Below are positions 57,518 through 64,000 of a DNA stretch of 64,000 nt, one piece after another. The stretch covers positions 10,969-74,968 of the forward strand of contig CAMTVM010000061.1 in assembly GCA_947085195.1 (NCBI GenBank). The letters are read 5' to 3'. Position numbers and translations under genes: made by a program. Source of the stretch: an uncultured Chloroflexota bacterium. GTDB taxonomy: Bacteria; Chloroflexota; Limnocylindria; Limnocylindrales; CSP1-4. Position 1 is the first letter of the stretch; the number at the start of each line of letters is the position of its first letter. The notes under the pieces are model-generated. The model had not been told where the DNA came from, made no database searches, and saw nothing but the letters and a program-made list of their open reading frames with translations.

Positions 57518-59242
57518 ATGGGCATCTCGCGGGCCTCCATCGAACGCAGTGCCATCGCCCTCGGGGTCCTGGCGCTCCTCATCGGCGTCCTCACGCCGGT
57601 GGTCGCGAAGACCGAGACGGGGGTCCACCTCGACGTCTCAGAGGGGCGCATCGTCGTGTCGTACGTCGATGCCTTCAGTCCCGCGGCGCAGTACAACATC
57701 GAGGCCGGCATGGTGGCCATCGAGGTCAACGGACGCGAGTTGATCCGGGGGCCGCAATACGTCTACCCCCCGACGCATGCGACGCCTGACCCTGAGACCG
57801 GGGAGCAGCCGGAGCAGGTGCCGGTCGTCGAGCCGGCTACGCCCACCTTCGCCAACCTCACCGAGGAAGAACTGTGGGCCATCGTGGACGAGCCGCTGGC
57901 GCAGCTACGGGCGATCCGGCCGACCGATCTCTCCGGGTGGACGGCCAACTCGATGCCGTACGCGCCGTCGATCTCGGACGACGGCCGCAACAGCCTCCAG
58001 GAGTCCATCCTCTCGGTCATCGTCGGGATCGCGGTGCTGTTCTCCATCGCCTGGTGGCTGACCAGCGGTCGGGCGGGATCGTCCCTGCGAGACCTCGGCC
58101 TGCCGCTGGCCGTTGCGACGGCGGCCCCCCTCCTGCTGCGACCGCTCGACTACACGTGGTCGCCCGTTGCGATCGCCGTGCTCGGCGCCATGGTGCCGAT
58201 GGCGATGCTGCCGCTGGCCGCTGCCCTCATCGCGCGCATCGAGGACTCGCAGGACCGCGGGGTGGCGATCGCGGCCGTCGTGACCTGCGCCGCCGGGGCG
58301 GCGATCGTGGGCGTGGCCCGCGCCGTGAACACGCCCGACACGATCTTCCCGGTCGCGGCGTGGATCATCACCGCCGGCATCACGACGATCCCCGGACTGA
58401 TCGCTGCCGGGCCTGCCCTCCCCGGCGCCGTTCGGGCCACAGCGGCTCCGGGCGGCGAGGCGACGGCCAGCGGGCGGCTCCTCCAGTCCGCTGAGCTCGC
58501 CGTCGCAGGGTTCACGCCCGCCGCAGCGATGGCGACGACGGGTACCCCGTATCTCTTCCCGTTTGTCCTGTGGGTCGGGGTCATCGGGCTGGCTGGGCGG
58601 TTCACGGTTCGTCCCCTCGCCCGGCTCGCCAGTCGTGCGCAGCTCCAGCGGGACCTCATCGTGGCCGCAACGGAAGCCGAACGGGCACGCGTGGCCGCCG
58701 ACATCCACGACGACGCGCTCCAGGAGCTGACGCTGCTCGTCCGGCGGCTGGATGCGGCGGGCGATGCCGAGGGCGCGGACATCGCCCGCACCGTCTCCGA
58801 CCGGCTGCGCGCGATCTGCGGCGACCTCCGCCTGCCGATCCTGGACGACCTGGGCGTGGGCCCCGCGCTGGACTGGCTCGTGCTCCGGATCGAGCGGCTG
58901 GCCGGCGGCGAGGTCCGCCTCGAGCGTGCCGACGGCACCCGGCCCCCGCCCGACGTGGAGCTCGCGTTCTTCCGGGTGGCCCAGGAGGCGCTGTCGAACG
59001 CGGTCAAGCACGGCCGCCCGCCCATCGTCGTGCGCTACCGGTCCATGGACGGGGCCGCGTCGCTCTCCATCGATGATGCGGGTAGTGGCATCACCCCCGA
59101 CGCCGGCGACCGCGCGGAGCGCGAAGGGCACTTCGGGCTGCTCAACATGCAGCAGCGAGCCGAGGGCATCGGCGCCATCCTGGACGTCCGGCGCTGGCCG
59201 ACCGGCGGCACGCACGTGCAGCTCGAGTGGCGCGCCCGGTGA
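57518..59242 (+). CDS. NarL-class sensor histidine kinase with PDZ-like extracytoplasmic segment and polytopic membrane domain
   Basis: 574 aa from MGISRAS. H-box ERARVAADIHDDALQEL (HisKA_3). HATPase part AQEALSNAVKHG...IDDAGSGI. The N-terminal part reads RIVVSYVDAFSPAAQYNIEAGMVAIEVNGRELI. Confidence 0.88.
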   Translation: MGISRASIERSAIALGVLALLIGVLTPVVAKTETGVHLDVSEGRIVVSYVDAFSPAAQYNIEAGMVAIEVNGRELIRGPQYVYPPTHATPDPETGEQPEQVPVVEPATPTFANLTEEELWAIVDEPLAQLRAIRPTDLSGWTANSMPYAPSISDDGRNSLQESILSVIVGIAVLFSIAWWLTSGRAGSSLRDLGLPLAVATAAPLLLRPLDYTWSPVAIAVLGAMVPMAMLPLAAALIARIEDSQDRGVAIAAVVTCAAGAAIVGVARAVNTPDTIFPVAAWIITAGITTIPGLIAAGPALPGAVRATAAPGGEATASGRLLQSAELAVAGFTPAAAMATTGTPYLFPFVLWVGVIGLAGRFTVRPLARLASRAQLQRDLIVAATEAERARVAADIHDDALQELTLLVRRLDAAGDAEGADIARTVSDRLRAICGDLRLPILDDLGVGPALDWLVLRIERLAGGEVRLERADGTRPPPDVELAFFRVAQEALSNAVKHGRPPIVVRYRSMDGAASLSIDDAGSGITPDAGDRAEREGHFGLLNMQQRAEGIGAILDVRRWPTGGTHVQLEWRAR

Positions 59243-59877
59243 CGGAGTCGGACAGCGCGCCGGTCCGGGTCGTCGTGGTGGACGATCACCCGGTCGTCCG
59301 GGAAGGGACGGCGGCCATCCTCGCGGCCCAGCCGGGAATCGCCATCGCCGGGACCGCCGGTTCCCTCGAAGAGGCCCGGGCGCTCCTGGCGGCGACGGAT
59401 GCCGACGTCGTCCTCCTCGACATCCGCCTGGGCACCGACAGCGGGCTCAACCTGCTCGGCAGCGACATCCGCAGCGACATGGACCGTCACCGCCCCGCCA
59501 TCGTCGTCCTCACCGCCTATGACTACCCGCAGTACGCTGAGGCCGCGCTCCGGCTCGGGGCCGCCGGGTTCGTCCTCAAGACCGCGCCCATGGCGGAGCT
59601 GCTCAACGCCATCCGGCGAGCGGCCGACGGCGGCCTCGCGTTCGGCGTCCGCCCAAGGCCCGGCGACCGTGCCCGCCTCTCTCGCCGAGAGCTGGATGTC
59701 GTGGCGCTGGTCGTGGAGGGTCGCAGCAACGACGAGATCGGCGCGGCGCTGACAATCGGGGCGAAGACCGTGGAGACGCACCTCGCCCGCCTCTTCGAGC
59801 GGTTCGGCATCGCGTCCCGGACGGAACTCGCTACGCGCGCCCTCCGCGAGGGCTGGCTGGACCTGCCACCGGACTGA
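59227..59877 (+). CDS. NarL/LuxR-family response regulator
   Basis: VVVVDDHPVVREG, VVLLDIRL, and the LuxR HTH LSRRELDVVALVVEGRSNDEIGAALTIGAKTVETHL. Confidence 0.92.
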   Translation: MARPVTESDSAPVRVVVVDDHPVVREGTAAILAAQPGIAIAGTAGSLEEARALLAATDADVVLLDIRLGTDSGLNLLGSDIRSDMDRHRPAIVVLTAYDYPQYAEAALRLGAAGFVLKTAPMAELLNAIRRAADGGLAFGVRPRPGDRARLSRRELDVVALVVEGRSNDEIGAALTIGAKTVETHLARLFERFGIASRTELATRALREGWLDLPPD

Positions 59878-59910
59878 TCCGTCACTGGCGCTGCCGTCCG
59901 GCCCCCCCAG

Positions 59911-60118
59911 AATTCACTCGCAGTGAACAAGCCGCGCCCGAATGGGAAACCTGACCGGTCAACAGCCCGTCACAGGCCCCGCTCCGCGGTTGCAGCGGGA
60001 CGTTCCAGGCCGCAAAGCCGCCGCAAGGCCGCCGCAAAGCCGCCTCCACGCCCCCATCGCAGGTTTGAACGTCGCGTAAGCCGCCGTTGAGCGCTGTGCT
60101 GTTCACTGCCAGCGAAAT
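59911..60118. mobile_element. MITE/REPIN-like element, copy 4 (208 bp)
   Basis: Ends are aattcactcgcagtgaacaa (59911-59930) and ctgttcactgccagcgaaat (60099-60118). It carries an internal gccgcaaRgcc x3 repeat at about 60009-60045. Confidence 0.55.
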
Positions 60119-60143
60119 GTCTCCGATCCGGCGCCACGATCCC

Positions 60144-61013
60144 ATGACGCCCGCCGCCCGGGCGGCCGTCACACGCCTGGCGCTGGAGGCTGGCCAGCAG
60201 ATCCGCGCGGAGCGTCTGCGCCGTGGCTGGACGCTACGCGACCTCGCGGCCCGCGCCGGTGTCGGCCTGGGCGTGGCCCACGATGTGGAGGCGGGTAACG
60301 TCCTGACCCTGGAGTCCTACGCGCGACTCGCGACGGCGCTCGGCCTGCGCCCGTCCCTCGACCTTGCCGATGTTCGCGGCCACGTGCGCGGCCACGCTCG
60401 CGGTCGCGACGCACGCGGCACACCCACCGGGCACCAGGCCCGGCACCAGGCCGGGGACCTCGTCCACTCGGCGATGGGCGAGGTCGAGGCCCGGGCGCTC
60501 TCCGGACCCGGACGCACCATGGCCATCGACGAGCCCTACCAGCACTACCAGTTCGCCGGCCGTGCCGACCTGCTCGCCTGGGACCTGGACAACCTGCTCC
60601 ACATCGAGAACCGGACCCGGTTCCCGAACCTCCAGGAGGCCGCCGGCTCGTACAACGCCAAGCGCCAGTACCTGGCGGAGGCCCTGGCGGACCGCCTGGA
60701 TCGAGGCCCCGGCGGCTGGCGGAGCGTGACCCATGTCATGGCCTGTCTCTGGTCGTCCGAGGTGCTGCACACGATCCGACTCCGGCGCGCATCCTTCGCG
60801 GCCCTCTGCCCCGACCCACCCGACGCGCTCCAGGCCTGGCTCCGCGGCGAGCCACCGGCCGCGGGCGTGTCGAGCTCGCTGGTCGTGCTCGATCCCCTCG
60901 TACCCTTCGGGTCCCGCCGCCGGACCATCGCGGCGGTCGACGAGTCCCCACGCCCCGACCCGCGTCACCGCGGGTACGCCGACGCCGCCGAGGCGCTGCG
61001 CCGCGCCGGGTGA
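60144..61013 (+). CDS. XRE-family HTH protein with uncharacterised ~200-aa C-terminal domain
   Basis: Start moved to MTPAARAAV because the upstream codons lie in the MITE end. HTH: IRAERLRRGWTLRDLAARAGVGLGVAHDVEAGNVLTLESYARLATALG. Confidence 0.65.
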   Translation: MTPAARAAVTRLALEAGQQIRAERLRRGWTLRDLAARAGVGLGVAHDVEAGNVLTLESYARLATALGLRPSLDLADVRGHVRGHARGRDARGTPTGHQARHQAGDLVHSAMGEVEARALSGPGRTMAIDEPYQHYQFAGRADLLAWDLDNLLHIENRTRFPNLQEAAGSYNAKRQYLAEALADRLDRGPGGWRSVTHVMACLWSSEVLHTIRLRRASFAALCPDPPDALQAWLRGEPPAAGVSSSLVVLDPLVPFGSRRRTIAAVDESPRPDPRHRGYADAAEALRRAG

Positions 61014-61043
61014 CCGCCGGGCTGACGGGCGCGGAGGGACAGA

Positions 61044-61436
61044 TCAGGCCGGGCGGACGACCGGCAGCCCGAGACCTCGCGCCGCCTCTGCCAGGCGATC
61101 GTCATAGGTCACGAAGGCATCCAGCTCCGGCACCAGCGCGAGCGCCGTCGCGAGGTGGATGGCATCCAGCGTTCGCAGGCACGGAGGCTCCAGCCTTGCG
61201 GCAACGCCGGCAACCGGCGGATCAAGCTCAAGAACTTCGACGTCGGACATGATCCGGTCCCGATGGAGTGAATCGCACGGTCGCCGTGACGCTGCCCGCA
61301 TGGTCTCGACGACTCCGATCCTGCTGGTCACCAGCCGCTGCGCCTCGATGTACCAGCGGTTCAGCGCGACCGATTCGGCCTCCTCCACGACGAGCTTGAC
61401 CAGGGCCGACGCGTCGAGGTAGGCGAGTCTCGTCAT
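61044..61436 (-). CDS. vapC: PIN-domain toxin VapC
   Basis: 130 aa. AYLDASALVKL, TLDAIHLATAL and FVTYDDRL. Confidence 0.9.
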   Translation of the reverse strand: MTRLAYLDASALVKLVVEEAESVALNRWYIEAQRLVTSRIGVVETMRAASRRPCDSLHRDRIMSDVEVLELDPPVAGVAARLEPPCLRTLDAIHLATALALVPELDAFVTYDDRLAEAARGLGLPVVRPA

Positions 61437-61729
61437 CGGTCGTCCTCGTCGCGCATCTCCTGGAGGATCTCGCTCAGCGGCCGCCCGGGGATCCGTGGGG
61501 GAGGCGGCGTGGTCCGGTGGTCGGTCGTGGCCGGCGTGATCCGCCCCTCCGCGATCATCCGGTCGACGATCGACAGGCGCTCGGCCGGCCTGGGCGTCAG
61601 GCGCGCGACCGGCTGTCCGTGCTCCGTGACCTCCAGGGTCTCGCCCGCCTTCACCCGGTCCAGGTAGACGGACAGGTTCTGGCGCAGCTCCCGCACCCCG
61701 ACCCGCACCGGCCGATCACCCTCGCCCAT
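61433..61729 (-). CDS. Phd/YefM-family antitoxin
   Basis: 98 aa from MGEGDRPVRVGVRELRQNLSVYLDRVKAGETLEVTEHGQPVARL. Alternative start at 61738. ATGA overlap with vapC. Confidence 0.8.
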   Translation of the reverse strand: MGEGDRPVRVGVRELRQNLSVYLDRVKAGETLEVTEHGQPVARLTPRPAERLSIVDRMIAEGRITPATTDHRTTPPPPRIPGRPLSEILQEMRDEDDR

Positions 61730-61888
61730 GTAGCACATGGTAGCACACTCGAGACGACGGGAGCTCGTCGACCCGTGGCCGACGACATCGACGCGTGGCT
61801 CCCTTGACTTCGGCCGCACCGGTGGGACACTGCGCAAACCTCGAGCGGTCGTGTCCGCGACCGCCAGTGTCTCGGAGGGTCCGGCCAC

Positions 61889-62209
61889 ATGCCGTTCTAC
61901 ATGTTCCGCGCGTCCTACACCCAGCAGGGCATCCAGGGGGTCATCAAGGAGGGAGCCGCAAGCCGAAGGGCGGCCGTGGAGGCGCTGGCCGCGAGCGTGG
62001 GCGGTCGCATCGACTCCGCCTACTGGGCCTTCGGCGACGACGACTTCCTCACGATCGGCGAGCTGCCGGACAACGCGGCGGCGATCGCGATCGCGGCGGC
62101 TGTCGGGGCCAGCGGGGCCGCCCGCGTGACCACGACGGTGCTGCTGACGGCTGCCGAGGTCGACGAGGGGCTCGCACGCCGGACGGCCTACCGGGCTCCG
62201 GGCGCCTGA
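61889..62209 (+). CDS. GYD-domain protein
   Basis: 106 aa. MPFYMFRASYTQQGIQGVIKEGAASRR...AFGDDDFLTIGELPDN fits the GYD family pattern as I remember it. Confidence 0.75.
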   Translation: MPFYMFRASYTQQGIQGVIKEGAASRRAAVEALAASVGGRIDSAYWAFGDDDFLTIGELPDNAAAIAIAAAVGASGAARVTTTVLLTAAEVDEGLARRTAYRAPGA

Positions 62210-62371
62210 TCTCGCCACCAGAGAGCCATTGGCGGCGGCGCGGGGCGGGCGCCCCGGGTCGCCGCCGGTGCCGGAAACGCCGCGCGGGGATGGCGCCCCG
62301 TGCCGCCGCCGCCGTCGAAACCGCCGACCCTGCCCTGCCGCGAGACGCTCGGAGTCGTACACTCGGTAGCC

Positions 62372-64000
62372 ATGGATCTTGTCGTCGCCGACGTAACCGC
62401 CAACCCCTCCGAACGCGCCGCGATCGACGCCATCCTGGATCCCGTGGTCGGGCCTGTAAGCGGCGGCTGGCACGGCGGCGAACGGGACATCGAGCGTGAC
62501 GGGCGCGTTGCCCGGGGTGGCCACGAGGCACGGTCCCACCGGGACATGCTCCTGCCGGCGTTCCACGCGGCCACGGATGCGGTCGGCTGGATCAGCCCCG
62601 GCGCTCTCGCCTACATCTGCCGGCGCCTGACCGTCCCGCCCGCCGAGGCGTACGGCGTCGCGTCGTTCTATGCGCTGCTGTCGACTGCATCCACGCCCCC
62701 CGCCGTCGTCCACGTGTGCGATGACATGGCCTGCCGGCTGGCGGGCGCCGAAGGGGTCTGTGACGCGCTCGAGCGCGAGCTGGGGCCCGCGGGCCACCCG
62801 CCCGATGGCGCGTCCATGACCTGGAAGCGGAGTCCGTGCCTCGGCCAGTGCGAGCGTGCACCGGCGGCCATGTTCACCGTCGCCGGCGATCCTCCCGTGC
62901 GGCGCTCCATCGGCCCCGTCGATGCGCCGGCGATCATCGCCCACCTGGAGGCGGGTCTCCGCGGGCTCGAGCACTCGGACGCGCTGGCCGGCACCCTCGA
63001 CACCTTGCCCAGCCCGGCGCGCCTCGAGGCATTGCGCAGGTTCATTCCCCAGGCCGGGGAGCGCGGGCTCCGCCTCCTCGCCCGCGTCGGCCGCATCGAC
63101 CCCACCAGCCTCACGGACTACCTCGCCGACGGCGGCTACCGGGCCCTGCGGGCAGCCATCGACGCCGGGCCGAAGCGGGTCATCGAGGAGGTCGTCACCG
63201 CCGGGGTTCTCGGCCGGGGCGGTGCGGCGGTTCCCGCCGGGACGAAGTGGGCGGCCGCGGCTGCCTCCCCGGGACCGACCAAGTACCTCGTGTGCAACGC
63301 GGACGAGGCCGAGCCCGGCACGTTCAAGGACCGGGCGATCCTCGAGGAGGACCCGTTCTCGCTGGTCGAGGCGATGACGATCGGGGGCTTCGCGTTCGGC
63401 GCCGAGCGCGGCTACCTGTACATCCGCGGCGAGTACCCCCTCGGCGAGGCGCGCATGGCCAATGCCATCGCGCGGGCGCAGGAACGCGGGCTCCTCGGTC
63501 CGGACGTGATGGGCGCCGGCTTCGCCTTCGACATCGAGATCCGCCGCGGGGCTGGAGCCTACATCTGCGGCGAGGGCACGGCCCTGTACGAGTCGATCGA
63601 GGGCAAGCGCGGCGAGCCGCGCAACAAGGCGGCCCGGTCCACCACGGCCGGCCTGTTCCAGAAGCCGACCGTGATGAACAACGTCGAGACCCTCGCCAAC
63701 ATCCCGGAGATCGTCCTGGGCGGCGGGGCGGCCTACGCGGCGCTGGGCACGGCGAAGTCAGCGGGTCACAAGCTGTTCAGCGTCTCCGGCCACGTCGCCC
63801 GGCCGGGCGTCTACGAGACGGAGTTCGGGATCACGCTCCGCGACCTGATCGAGCTCGCGGGCGGGATGGCGGATGGTCGCGCGCTGAAGGCGGTCAACCT
63901 CGGCGGTGCGGCGGGTGTGTTCGTCGGGCCGGCAGCCCTCGACATGCCGCTCACGTTCGAGGACACCAGGGCGGCGGGCGCCACGCTGGGCGCCGGCGCC
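62372..64000 (+). CDS. NuoE-like (2Fe-2S) / NuoF-like (FMN, NAD(H)) fusion protein, partial at the window end; diaphorase module of an NAD-linked formate dehydrogenase, hydrogenase or complex I type enzyme
   Basis: Not in the ORF track because there is no stop before 64000. My translation gives HVCDDMAC...SPCLGQCERAP (NuoE cysteines), then GRGGAAVPAGTKW, VCNADEAEPGTFKDR and GAGAYICGEGTAL (NuoF motifs). Confidence 0.88.
   Translation, partial: MDLVVADVTANPSERAAIDAILDPVVGPVSGGWHGGERDIERDGRVARGGHEARSHRDMLLPAFHAATDAVGWISPGALAYICRRLTVPPAEAYGVASFYALLSTASTPPAVVHVCDDMACRLAGAEGVCDALERELGPAGHPPDGASMTWKRSPCLGQCERAPAAMFTVAGDPPVRRSIGPVDAPAIIAHLEAGLRGLEHSDALAGTLDTLPSPARLEALRRFIPQAGERGLRLLARVGRIDPTSLTDYLADGGYRALRAAIDAGPKRVIEEVVTAGVLGRGGAAVPAGTKWAAAAASPGPTKYLVCNADEAEPGTFKDRAILEEDPFSLVEAMTIGGFAFGAERGYLYIRGEYPLGEARMANAIARAQERGLLGPDVMGAGFAFDIEIRRGAGAYICGEGTALYESIEGKRGEPRNKAARSTTAGLFQKPTVMNNVETLANIPEIVLGGGAAYAALGTAKSAGHKLFSVSGHVARPGVYETEFGITLRDLIELAGGMADGRALKAVNLGGAAGVFVGPAALDMPLTFEDTRAAGATLGAGA

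Noticed and set aside
62207-62371. Read-through or Sec recoding of the GYD-gene TGA into the NuoE/F gene (same frame, open for 54 codons)
   Set aside because: The intervening translation (SRHQRAIGGGAGRAPRVAAGAGNAARGWRPVPPPPPSKPP...) is low-complexity. I saw no convincing hairpin at the SECIS distance, and NuoE-like similarity starts only after the ATG at 62372.

Overview
Very GC-rich chromosomal segment, roughly 70% G+C by eye. The gene content looks actinobacterial: OpcA, an LCP family protein, LysM, and tkt-zwf-opcA-pgl. About 55 genes are tightly packed, many with 4-nt ATGA/GTGA start/stop overlaps. I saw no rRNA, CRISPR, transposase or integrase genes.

Left to right:
- LysM wall protein (partial), rho, pyrG, an EamA exporter, psuG, an S9 peptidase and a PfkB kinase.
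- A pentose-phosphate block (tkt, rpiB, gnd, zwf, opcA, pgl) interrupted by a vapBC toxin-antitoxin pair.
- Citrate synthase, corA, an LCP wall ligase and a second EamA exporter.
- An SbcCD-like pair whose ATPase has a central membrane hairpin.
- A 9-gene Mrp-type cation/proton antiporter with three tandem MrpD-like subunits, then a tandem Usp and a membrane pyrophosphatase.
- A double zinc-ribbon protein, an S51-like peptidase, an amidohydrolase and a truncated Crp-like HTH.
- A complete selenocysteine toolkit: mobA-selB-selA, tRNA-Sec and selD.
- A zinc-ribbon membrane protein, an ABM-like protein, a lipoprotein with a C-terminal Hint domain coupled to a non-Pyl MttB homolog.
- A selenocysteine formate dehydrogenase catalytic subunit. 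The ORF track splits it at its UGA codon.
- An ABC-2 exporter with a NarL-type two-component system, an XRE-HTH protein, phd-vapC, a GYD protein, and a partial NuoE-NuoF fusion.

The strongest unexplained structure is non-coding:
1. A family of about 200-bp MITE/REPIN-like elements bounded by the palindrome TTCACTC-N-GAGTGAA. There are four full copies and one solo end.
2. A related cluster of four GAAC-N7-GTTC palindromes.
3. Many 11-46 bp tandem duplications sitting exactly at gene starts, gene stops and element ends.

All calls come from reading the sequence and the supplied translations. No searches were run. Repeat coordinates may be off by 1-2 nt.
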